Below, one piece after another: positions 55,805 through 64,000 of a stretch of 64,000 nucleotides of DNA (positions within the stretch are counted from its first letter, which is position 1; each line of letters starts with the position of its first letter). The notes beneath the pieces were generated by a model. It ran no database searches, was not told where the DNA came from, and was given only the letters and a program-made list of their open reading frames with translations. This DNA is from Pirellulales bacterium. Its GTDB lineage: Bacteria > Planctomycetota > Planctomycetia > Pirellulales > Thermoguttaceae. Position numbers and translations under genes: made by a program. The stretch spans positions 12,616-76,615 of the forward strand of contig JAFGRD010000141.1 in NCBI GenBank assembly GCA_016935315.1. The letters run 5' to 3'.

Positions 55805-56903
55805 ATGGACAGAGAACTCATCGACCGGGCCGAAGTGATCCAGCAGCGGATCCTCCAGCTAAGGGACTCCCTTTGACTACCCCGCCAAGTTGGTGCGGGC
55901 GCAGGCCATCGAAAAAAACATGGCATCCGCCGGCTTCTGGGACAACCAAGAGAAGGCGCAGCAGACCGTCGCCGAGCTGAAAGGCCTTAAGTCACTCATT
56001 AGGCCGCTGGAGGACCTCACCGGAGCGTGCGAGGACCTCTCGGCCATGGTCGAGATGGCCGCCGAGGACGCCGGTTTTGCGGCGGAGGTGCCCCACGAGT
56101 TGAAGCGGCTCGAAGCGGCCACCGAAGAGCTGGAAACCAAGGCCCTGCTCAGCGGCCCGCTGGACGCCAACGCGGCCATTCTGACGATCAACGCCCGCGA
56201 CGGCGGCACCGATGCCAACGATTGGGCGGAGATGCTGCTGCGGATGTACGTGAGTTGGGCGCAGAAGAGCGACTACGATACGGAGTTGCTCGACCGCCAG
56301 GACAACGAGGAGGCCGGCATCAACAGCGCGTCGATCGCGGTCCGCGGGCCGATGGCCTACGGCTACCTCAAGGGCGAGACCGGCACGCACCGGCTGATCC
56401 GTATCAGCCCCTTCAACGCCGAAGGCAAGCGCCAGACCAGCTTCGCCTCGGTCGACGTGACGCCGGAAGTCAACGACACGATCGACATCGAGATCGACTG
56501 GGAGCGGGACGTTCGCGAAGACACGTTTCGGGCCAGCGGCGCCGGCGGCCAGCACGTCAACAAGACATCCAGCGCCATCCGTCTGACCCACGTGCCCACC
56601 AGCACGGTCGTGCAATGCCAGAACGAGCGGAGCCAGCACAAGAACCGGGCGACAGCGCGGAAAATGCTCTTGGCCCAACTGGCCCGGCGGGAGGAACAGC
56701 GCCGCGAGGCCGAGCAGGCCGCCCGCTACGGCCAGAAACCCAAGGTCGGCTTCGGCTCACAGATCCGCAGCTACTTCCTCCACCCCGACCAGCGCGTCAA
56801 GGACGCCCGAACCGGCTACTTGATGGGCAATTTCCATAGCGTGCTCGACGGAAACATCCAGGGGTTTCTGGATGCCTACCTGCACTCGCGAGCGGAGAAG
56901 TAG
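55805..56903 (+). CDS. prfB: Peptide chain release factor 2 with programmed +1 ribosomal frameshift.
   Basis: Frame 0 gives MDRELIDRAEVIQQRILQLRDSL then stop at CTT TGA C (55871-55877). The +1 frame continues DYPAKLVRAQAIEKN...GGQHVNKTSSAIRLTHVPT... (GGQ motif), ending at 56903. An AGGGAC Shine-Dalgarno-like element lies just upstream of the shift site, as in canonical prfB. Confidence 0.9.
55871..55877 (+). other. prfB +1 frameshift site, CTT TGA C.
   Basis: In-frame UGA after the CUU slippery codon, followed by C; internal SD-like AGGGAC about 3 nt upstream. Confidence 0.85.
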
Positions 56904-56968
56904 CGGGCCGCGCTCCGAGCAGAGGGAAACGACGGCAATCCCGATGGCTTCTGTGCGGTTTGGGCAGG

Positions 56969-58750
56969 TTACTCTGACTTCCGACGCAGCGCAAAGGCCG
57001 TGTAGTGAAGGCCGGTCTCGTCGTCAATGACCAGCGCCCCGCCGGGGGCAAGGTATTGGCGCAACACCTCGAACGGCGGCAGCGGGTTCTCGTTCAAGGC
57101 CGTGTTGACCGATCGAAAGAACGGGTTGTTCTCGGCCTGTTGCTGCAGATTCTGTCGGGTCCGCTCCGCGTTGACCAGATCGTAGAGGAACCGCATGATC
57201 TCCTCCGGGCGATCGAAACTGATCATGGCCGCCTCCCGGCTACCGCAGACTCGGCGGATTTTGCTGGCGATCAGCTTGTAGTCCAACTCGTCGGCCAAGG
57301 ACTCGGTCCCGTCGGCCCACGTGGTAACGGCCTTCTGATAGAGGGCCTGGCTGTTGCCCACCAGCAGGTAATCGTCCAACACGCCGAAGCACGGCAGCGG
57401 CGGGCGCTCTTCCGGCGGCCGCTCCTCCAGTTGCGGCACGCGGACCCGGTAATACTGCTTCCCGGCAAACGACTCCTTGGCCAGCGGCGCCCTTTCCAGC
57501 TTGGCAAGCTTCTCCAGGGCCGCCTCCAGCGCCGCAGGGTCCTTCAACTTGAACCCCAGCATGGAACGTTGGCTCTGGATGCCGATCGGGCGCTCGATCC
57601 AAACGACCAGGCTCACACGACCCTCGAGCGACTTGATGACTTCCGCTTCCAGATCGATGCCCGTCGGCCCGAGAATGCGGCGCTGCAGCGCCTTGGCCAG
57701 CGCCCCTTCGCCCCGGAACCCGTCGTACACCGTCGCCAGGCTGGAATAGGTCTTCTCGACGTTCCAGTGCAGGGTCATGTAGCTGGCCGTGTCGATCGGA
57801 ACCCAGCGCTCGGGCGTCACGTCGCCCGACTCGAACGCAATCATCTTGAGGATGCCCGCCCGAGGATTGTCCAGGAGCAAATGGGCGTGCATCACCGAGT
57901 CGAACTGCGGCGTGTCGAAGGTCATGCTTCCGCCGACGCCCAACAACCCGTCGAGCCCCAACACGGGCAACAGCGCCAGCGCCACCCGGGCACTGGCGTT
58001 CTGCTGGCTGACCGCGTGGACGATGCCGATCGGGTCGACGTACCAGAACGCATGGGGCCGCTCGTTCTTGGCGCCGCGACAGCGCTGCATGATGGCGGCG
58101 AAATTCGGATTGTCGACCAGTGTCTTCCCTTCGCCGCCGTTCCACGCGGAGAGAATCTGCTTCAGCACGTTGGGATCCGAGCCGAGCACGATCGTGTTGT
58201 CCTTCTCGAAATAGACTCCCTTCCGGCCCCGGGGACCCAGGCCTTCGTAGATCACCAGCTTCGTGCCCGCGACGGTCTCCTCCTTCTTGGAACTCGCCTG
58301 CCGCTCGAGCTCGACCGTGGCCCGCTCCAGCAGTTTCCGGGCGTTGGAGAGTTGGTTGCCGGCGTCCAAGAGGGCCACCACCGCCGGGTCGCCCTCTTCC
58401 GGCAAGACCAGCGCTACGGTCAACTCGCCCTGGGGAATCGCCAGGATCTCCGGCAGCGACAGTCCAATTTCGTCCTTCAACTGCGAAGTGGCTTCCAGCA
58501 CCGAACCGTACAATTGACCAATCAGTGGTTTCAGTTGCGGGTCCTGCCCCATCCGCCCCACCGACGTGTTCATGAATCGCTCGGCCAACTCCGGGGCGCT
58601 GGGCACCGAGATGACGGCCAGGGTCTTCGTGGGAAGCAGCCGGGGTGCGGACGGCCGCTGGGCCCACACGGCCGGTGTCGAACCGGCCAGACAAAGCAGC
58701 ACGGCGAACAGGGCGAGACATCCAGAGACGGGTCTTCGAGGCAGGACCAT
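56969..58750 (-). CDS. Secreted hypothetical protein (593 aa).
   Basis: Internal ATG at 58750 gives the signal MVLPRRPVSGCLALFAVLLCLAGSTPAVWAQ. The upstream part of the long ORF overlaps the 58983 gene and is rejected. Confidence 0.55.
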   Translation of the reverse strand: MVLPRRPVSGCLALFAVLLCLAGSTPAVWAQRPSAPRLLPTKTLAVISVPSAPELAERFMNTSVGRMGQDPQLKPLIGQLYGSVLEATSQLKDEIGLSLPEILAIPQGELTVALVLPEEGDPAVVALLDAGNQLSNARKLLERATVELERQASSKKEETVAGTKLVIYEGLGPRGRKGVYFEKDNTIVLGSDPNVLKQILSAWNGGEGKTLVDNPNFAAIMQRCRGAKNERPHAFWYVDPIGIVHAVSQQNASARVALALLPVLGLDGLLGVGGSMTFDTPQFDSVMHAHLLLDNPRAGILKMIAFESGDVTPERWVPIDTASYMTLHWNVEKTYSSLATVYDGFRGEGALAKALQRRILGPTGIDLEAEVIKSLEGRVSLVVWIERPIGIQSQRSMLGFKLKDPAALEAALEKLAKLERAPLAKESFAGKQYYRVRVPQLEERPPEERPPLPCFGVLDDYLLVGNSQALYQKAVTTWADGTESLADELDYKLIASKIRRVCGSREAAMISFDRPEEIMRFLYDLVNAERTRQNLQQQAENNPFFRSVNTALNENPLPPFEVLRQYLAPGGALVIDDETGLHYTAFALRRKSE

Positions 58751-58982
58751 GGCAGGACTCCTGTCAGAAAAAAAGTCTTGGTTTTGGGCGTGCTGCGTTA
58801 TCCGCAGCCTCGATGCTATTCGCCGGCAGGCCGCACTTCTTTTTGCCGACGGACAGCGATCTGACCGCCGATCGGCCAGAGATCCGGAGATTGCCTTTTG
58901 CGGCCGGTTCCGACAAACTAGACTATTACACAATACACGATGGCAGCCGGTTTGGATACCACTGCGAAAGGGGGGAGGAACG

Positions 58983-60071
58983 ATGCCGATCGAGACTCGC
59001 TGTGGAAAGTGTGGTGGAAGGTTTCGCGTGGCCGACAAGTATGCCGGCAAGCGGATCAAATGCCCCAAGTGCCAGCAGGGAACGATCGAGGTCCCGGCCA
59101 CGGCGGAATCGAAACCCGCGCCCCCCGGCGAGCCGGCCAAGGCGTCCATGACTCCCCAGCGGCCCATGGCCGCCGAGAAGCCGTCTTCACCTGCACCGCC
59201 CACGACACCGTCCGTGCCCTCCGCGCCGTCCGTGGTGCCCTCCGCGCCGTCGGAGCCTTCCGCGCCGTTGGTGGCCGCCGCACCGCCCACGTCCTCTCCG
59301 TCGTCCGTGGGCTCGCCGTCGAAATGGTATCTCCAGACCGAAGAGGGCGACCAGTACGGGCCCGTTTCCCGGGAAGAGCTGGACGAGTGGCTCGGCGAAG
59401 GACGCATCGACGCTTCCTGCCAACTGCTCCGGGAAGACTGGAGCCAGTGGAAGTGGGCCGAAGATGTCTTTGCCGAGTTGGGCGGGGCGGCCGCCGAACC
59501 GCAACAGGCGGCTGCGGCCCAAGGGCAACCGTTTGCAGGCATCGGCAAGACCACGCCGCAGGAAAGCGAACCTGGCCCCTATGCCTCTCCCCAGGTCTCC
59601 ACCGGCGACGCGACGCCCGTCGGAGGAGGTCCAGCAGGAGGGCTCGGCGTTCGCGGGCGTCGGGCGCTGAGCGAAACGAAGCCGTGGGTGGTCTTTCTGG
59701 CCATCCTCGGGTTTGTGATTGGCGGGATCGGGGTGCTTACCGGTCTGCTCTTTTTGGCGGCAAGTGCAGTCGGTGCAGGCCTGCCCGGTATCCTCATAGG
59801 GCTCTGTGCGTTCGTCGGGCCGGTCATCACGCTGGTGCTGGCCTACTACCTTTTCTCATACGGCCAGCGCATTGCCGCCTATCTGCGGACCGATCGGCCC
59901 GCCGACCTCGAGGCCGCCCTGACGGCGCAGAAGTCGTTCTGGAAACTGGCGGGCCTCGTAACGGCGGTCTACCTGGGCTTCTGCGTGCTGGTGATGGTGG
60001 CCGTGATGGCTCTGGGCGGTCTGGGGGCCATCCTTCTACAGAATGCCGCCGGTGGGCCACCGGGGCCATAG
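58983..60071 (+). CDS. Zinc-ribbon + Pro/Ser-rich linker + DUF4339 (GYF-like) domain + C-terminal four-TM domain protein.
   Basis: CGKCGGRF...CPKCQQG zinc ribbon. PTTPSVPSAPSVVPSAPSEPSAP repeats. ...WYLQTEEGDQYGPVSREELDEWLGEGRIDASCQLLREDWSQWKWAEDVF (DUF4339). GGGGAGGAAC Shine-Dalgarno before the ATG. Confidence 0.6.
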   Translation: MPIETRCGKCGGRFRVADKYAGKRIKCPKCQQGTIEVPATAESKPAPPGEPAKASMTPQRPMAAEKPSSPAPPTTPSVPSAPSVVPSAPSEPSAPLVAAAPPTSSPSSVGSPSKWYLQTEEGDQYGPVSREELDEWLGEGRIDASCQLLREDWSQWKWAEDVFAELGGAAAEPQQAAAAQGQPFAGIGKTTPQESEPGPYASPQVSTGDATPVGGGPAGGLGVRGRRALSETKPWVVFLAILGFVIGGIGVLTGLLFLAASAVGAGLPGILIGLCAFVGPVITLVLAYYLFSYGQRIAAYLRTDRPADLEAALTAQKSFWKLAGLVTAVYLGFCVLVMVAVMALGGLGAILLQNAAGGPPGP

Positions 60072-60345
60072 CCCGGTGCGACCGCGCTTGCCCGCCTTGC
60101 ACGACTCCCCCAGGCGTTAAAACCGGGCCGCCGACTCGCGGAAGCCCTCTGATTCCGTGAGTCGATCGGTCGAAAACGGCCGAATTCAAATTATAGTGAG
60201 TTTTTAGCAGACTCTGTCCCGGGTGGCAGCTTGCGCGAACCACGTGACCCGCAGCACCCGTATCCACCTATAGGGTGATGGCGGCATTGGCGGCAGGTGT
60301 CCTATAATTGACCTCGATGGGCAAATCAGATCTCGAAGCACGACT

Positions 60346-63300
60346 ATGGTAAAGCATCGCTCTTGCCGAGGCCGGCAACCTTCACTCGGCCTCCTTCGGT
60401 CCCCCGGCTCGCAACGTCTTTTCCGCAACGCCCGATTTGAACCGCTCGAGGAGCGTCGTCTGCTGGCGGCCCCGCAGTTGGTCGTGGAGCAGGACGTAGT
60501 CCTGTACGCCGGCGCCGCCTTGCACATCACGTTGGATGGCTTCGACGCCGACGGCGACGCCCTGACCTACTCGGTCGTGAGCGACAACCCGGACCTGACC
60601 GCCACGATCCCCCAGGGCAACCAGAGCCTGCGGCTTTCGGTGCAGGACCACGGCGACATGGTGTTCGAGCTGTTCGAGGACCGTGTGCCCCACACCACGG
60701 CGCGGATCATCGAGCTGGTCGATTCCGGGTATTACGACGGCAAGACCTTCCACCGGATCATCGACGATTTCATGATCCAGGGCGGCAGCTCCGACGGCCA
60801 AGGCTACGAAGGCTCGGGCGTGACGTTCGACGACGAGTTCCACCTCGACCTGCAGCACACCAACGCCGGCGTGCTGTCGATGGCCAACAGCGGCCCCGAC
60901 ACCAACGACGCCCAATTCTTCATTACCGACGCGGCCACGCGCTGGCTGGATTTCGAGCACACGATCTTCGGCCACCTGACCGACGGGGACGACGTGCGGC
61001 AGGCGATCACCCAGGTGCCGACCACCGACAACACGCCCGACACGCCGGTAGTGATCGACTCGGCCGAGGTTTTCACCGACACCGAGAACGCCGTGCTGAT
61101 GCTCTCGGCGCCCGAGGGAACCTTCGACCAGGCCACTGTCACGGTGACGGTCAGCGACGGCCAGAACACGGTCCAGCGCCATCTCCAGGTTTCCATTCTG
61201 CCCGACACGTTCAACACCGACTACGGCAACAGCGAGCCCTTCTTGCTGCCGATCGAGGACATCCACACGACGGTCGATACACCGATTACGGTCAACTTGC
61301 CCGCGGCCGACGCCGAGGGCGATCCGATCTTCTACCGGGGCACGCCGAGCCCCTGGGACCCCGAGGTGGCGATCGAGGTTTCCCAGAGCACCGGGGTGGC
61401 CACGATCACGCCCAGCGGCGGCCTGGTGGGCGTGTACGAGGTCTACATCGAGGTCTTCGCCAGCGCCGACGACCTGGCCTCCGATCTGGCGTCCGACTCG
61501 CAAGTGGTGCCCGTGATGATCCACCCGGCCGCGCCTACCGGCCTCGAGCTGCTCGCCAGCTCCGATACCGGCCCCAAGTACCCCAACGAAACCGACGGGA
61601 TCACCAATCCGGCGAACACCGACGCAGAGGCCCTGAAGTTCCGCGTCTACGGCGTCCTGGAGGATGCGGTGGTAACGCTCTACGCCAACGGCGCGGCGAT
61701 CGGCGAGGGAACCGTCACGGGCGACGCCGTTCCCGCCGACTCGATCGTGATTACCGCAAGCGGGGCCGCCGATCTGGCCGACGGACTCTACTCGATCACG
61801 GCCGTCCAGACCTTGTCCGATCAGGCGGTCGACGTCGGCAATCGCAACGATACCGTCGACTTGGCCAGCGAGGCCTCCGGCGCGATCCAGATCACGCTCG
61901 ACACGGTCGCGCCGCAGTTCCTTTCCGATCCGGTCGAAACGGCCCAGTTGGGCATGCCATACGTCTACGACGTGCAGACGTCCGAAGAGGCCGGCGGCCG
62001 CGTGACCTATAGCCTGACGGGGTCTCCATCGCCGACCGGCATGCAGATCAACGCGACCACGGGCAGGATCACGTGGACGCCGCAGTCCGGCCAGGGCCCC
62101 TCGCAGACGATCACCGTGCTGGCCGTCGATGCGGCCGGAAACGAGGCCCGGCAAGAGCTGACGATCCAGGTCAAGAGTGCCCCCATCTTCGATCCGATCG
62201 GCAACCAAACGGTCCAGGAGGGCTCGTGGCTGGCCTTCACCGTCTCGGCGACCGATCCGGCCGATCCCACCGCGGTGCTGCAATACGGCGTCGCGCCGCC
62301 CGCTCCCGAAGGTTCCTGGATCGACCCGGCCACGGGTGTTTTCCAATGGAAGCCCGCCGAAGCACAGGGCCCCGGCACCTACCCGGTCACGTTGCAGGTC
62401 ACCAACCCCGACACCGACACCCAGACGACCAAGACGATCCAGATCACCGTGGAGGAAGTCAACACGGCGCCGGTTCTCGATCCGATCGCCGATCGCGAAG
62501 TCTCCGAAGGGGAATTGCTGCAGTTCACGGTCGGCGTCACCGATCCGGACGTTCCCGAGAATCAGCTTACGTTCAGCCTGCACGGCAACGTACCTGCCGG
62601 CGCGGTGATCGATCCGGCCACCGGCCGTTTCACCTTCACACCCAGTGAGTTGCAGGGCGGTGAGAGTTACAGCCTGATGGTCCGAGTGACCGATGCGGCC
62701 GACTCGGGCGACCCGAACTCGTTCGACGAGCAAACCTTCGCGATCACCGTCAAGGAAGTCGACCACCCGCCGGTCTTCGACGCCATCGGCAAACAGTTCC
62801 TCGCTCCCGGCGACGAGCTGCGTCTGGAAATTCGGGCGTTCGATCCCGACGTGCCGACCCATCCGGTCGTGCTCAGCCTCGATCCCGGTGCTCCGGAAGG
62901 GGCGGCCCTCGATCCGCAGACCAACGTGCTGACCTGGCATGTGCCCGAAGACATCGCCATGGGCAACTTCCGGCTGGTCGTCCACGCCACGGAACTGATC
63001 GACGGCCAACCGGGGCTGTCCAGCGAGACGGCGATCGAGGTGTCGGTGTTCGACGCCCGGGCGGTGGCCGTGGTCGAGGACCTGTTCACTCCCGCAACAG
63101 CGGCCCGCTCGACGCCCTCGGCGACCGACGTCCTGCTGGCCTCCTTGGACGCGCCGGTCGAGCGGCCGGCGGAGACACCCCGGCCCAACGTCGCCTCGCC
63201 GACCGGTTCGGCCGACATCCTGGGCGAGGGCGAGCTGTTCGGCGTCCACATCGGTCCCTGGACCGGTCTGGGCGGAGGTCTGCGGCAGCCGCAGGAAAAT

Positions 63301-63441
63301 CAGGACGGCGGCAACTCGGACAGAAACGAGAAGGCCAACGACCGGCAGAACGACGAGAGGGGGGGACAGTCTCATCGCCGGGCGCCCGCCGCCAACGATG
63401 CCGTGCTGGCGTCGCTTGTGCCCTCGCGGGGACGACAGTGA
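60346..63441 (+). CDS. Large secreted protein: N-terminal FEPLEERRLLAA motif, cyclophilin-type peptidyl-prolyl isomerase domain, multiple cadherin-like/Ig-like repeats, and an acidic C-terminal tail.
   Basis: ...RFEPLEERRLLAAPQ.... Cyclophilin ...FHRIIDDFMIQGG...GVLSMANSGPDTNDAQFFIT.... Repeated ...VTDPD... / ...ATDPADP... cadherin-like units. Confidence 0.7.
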   Translation: MVKHRSCRGRQPSLGLLRSPGSQRLFRNARFEPLEERRLLAAPQLVVEQDVVLYAGAALHITLDGFDADGDALTYSVVSDNPDLTATIPQGNQSLRLSVQDHGDMVFELFEDRVPHTTARIIELVDSGYYDGKTFHRIIDDFMIQGGSSDGQGYEGSGVTFDDEFHLDLQHTNAGVLSMANSGPDTNDAQFFITDAATRWLDFEHTIFGHLTDGDDVRQAITQVPTTDNTPDTPVVIDSAEVFTDTENAVLMLSAPEGTFDQATVTVTVSDGQNTVQRHLQVSILPDTFNTDYGNSEPFLLPIEDIHTTVDTPITVNLPAADAEGDPIFYRGTPSPWDPEVAIEVSQSTGVATITPSGGLVGVYEVYIEVFASADDLASDLASDSQVVPVMIHPAAPTGLELLASSDTGPKYPNETDGITNPANTDAEALKFRVYGVLEDAVVTLYANGAAIGEGTVTGDAVPADSIVITASGAADLADGLYSITAVQTLSDQAVDVGNRNDTVDLASEASGAIQITLDTVAPQFLSDPVETAQLGMPYVYDVQTSEEAGGRVTYSLTGSPSPTGMQINATTGRITWTPQSGQGPSQTITVLAVDAAGNEARQELTIQVKSAPIFDPIGNQTVQEGSWLAFTVSATDPADPTAVLQYGVAPPAPEGSWIDPATGVFQWKPAEAQGPGTYPVTLQVTNPDTDTQTTKTIQITVEEVNTAPVLDPIADREVSEGELLQFTVGVTDPDVPENQLTFSLHGNVPAGAVIDPATGRFTFTPSELQGGESYSLMVRVTDAADSGDPNSFDEQTFAITVKEVDHPPVFDAIGKQFLAPGDELRLEIRAFDPDVPTHPVVLSLDPGAPEGAALDPQTNVLTWHVPEDIAMGNFRLVVHATELIDGQPGLSSETAIEVSVFDARAVAVVEDLFTPATAARSTPSATDVLLASLDAPVERPAETPRPNVASPTGSADILGEGELFGVHIGPWTGLGGGLRQPQENQDGGNSDRNEKANDRQNDERGGQSHRRAPAANDAVLASLVPSRGRQ

Positions 63442-63446
63442 ACAGT

Positions 63447-63471
63447 AGCCAGGCGTCTGCGACGCCTGGCT
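63447..63471. terminator. Perfect 11-bp-stem hairpin between convergent genes, a candidate bidirectional intrinsic terminator.
   Basis: AGCCAGGCGTC tgc GACGCCTGGCT. It starts 5 bp after the 63441 stop and lies before the hslU stop at 63508. No U-tract follows. Confidence 0.5.
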
Positions 63472-63507
63472 GCCCGGGAGAATGCCCGGCTTGTTCTTCC
63501 GCAAGTC

Positions 63508-64000
63508 CTAAAGGATGAACTTGCTGAGATCTTCGTCCTGCGACACCTCGGCCAGGCGTTGGCGGACGTAGGCCGCGTTGATCTGGACGCGTCCCGTTTT
63601 CATCTCCGGGGCCTCGAAGCTCAACTCCTCCAACATCCGCTCCATGATCGTATAGAGCCGCCGGGCCCCAATGTTCTGGGTCGTCTGGTTCACCCGGAAG
63701 GCAAAGTCCGCCAGCGATTCCACGGCGTCGTCCTCGAACACCAGCTCCACGCCTTCGGTCCGCAACAGGGCCTGATACTGCTTGGTCAGCGCCCCCTTCG
63801 GTTCCGTGAGTATCCGCACGAAGTCGTCCTTGGTCAGGTCGTTGAGCTCGACGCGGATGGGGAACCGGCCCTGGAGCTCGGGCATCAGGTCGCTGGGCTT
63901 GGCGCGGTGGAACGCCCCGGCGGCGATGAACAGAATGTGGTCCGTCTTGACGAACCCGTATCGCGTCTGCACCGTGGTCCCTTCGACAATCGGCAGCAGA
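63508..64000 (-). CDS. hslU: ATP-dependent protease ATPase subunit HslU, C-terminal part. The gene continues beyond the window end.
   Basis: ...[19 protein letters not shown]...[21 protein letters not shown].... The frame is open to position 64000. Confidence 0.85.
   Translation of the reverse strand, partial: LLPIVEGTTVQTRYGFVKTDHILFIAAGAFHRAKPSDLMPELQGRFPIRVELNDLTKDDFVRILTEPKGALTKQYQALLRTEGVELVFEDDAVESLADFAFRVNQTTQNIGARRLYTIMERMLEELSFEAPEMKTGRVQINAAYVRQRLAEVSQDEDLSKFIL

Noticed and set aside
57005-58864. 619-aa plus-strand ORF
   Set aside because: Antisense to the 593-aa secreted protein gene.
58751-59554. N-terminal 268 codons of ORF 56969..59554
   Set aside because: They overlap the zinc-ribbon/DUF4339 gene on the other strand. 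A signal peptide begins at ATG 58750.
60382-63504. 1040-aa minus-strand ORF
   Set aside because: Antisense to the cyclophilin/cadherin-like gene, which has clear domain signatures.

Overview
The window is a high-GC (about 67%) chromosomal segment that looks planctomycete. Evidence: many secreted or lipoprotein genes, a sulfatase, an N-terminal FEPLEERRLLAA motif protein, DUF1570, and an ECF sigma/Ser-Thr kinase pair. It is mostly housekeeping genes: dnaA, eno, guaA, ksgA, ribE, pssA-psd, surE, the xseB-ispA-dxs operon, nadK, hemE, mnmA, prfB with its programmed +1 frameshift, and the 3' end of hslU. No rRNA, tRNA or CRISPR array was recognised. The most notable thing is a previously unannotated small interspersed element of about 105 bp, MITE/REP-like, present in at least 7 copies (6 full, 1 truncated). 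It has 8-bp terminal inverted repeats (TATTGACG ... CATCAATA) and an internal stem-loop with ~18-bp imperfect complementary arms (e.g. GGCGACCAACGGGAG / CTCCCGTTGGTCGGCC). It lies mostly immediately 3' of genes; its TTGA/TCAA termini supply the stop codons of three genes. One copy is embedded in frame inside an ORF that joins a sulfatase domain to a beta-propeller domain with no stop. Other unusual items: (a) a secreted protein with about 70 cysteines in CCxPxCC repeats, which is keratin-associated-protein-like and has an internal ~120-bp DNA tandem duplication; (b) a 1042-aa secreted chimera of PEGA + SecD-head-like + GspG-pseudopilin-like + ExbD/TolR-like domains, divergent from an ECF-sigma/PEGA-kinase pair across an 18-bp x3 direct repeat; (c) a discoidin/beta-propeller protein with three C-terminal CxxCH haem motifs; (d) an SPFH-YbjN fusion operon. 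Gene calls rest on reading the translations by eye. Start codons are approximate where alternative GTG or internal ATG starts exist.
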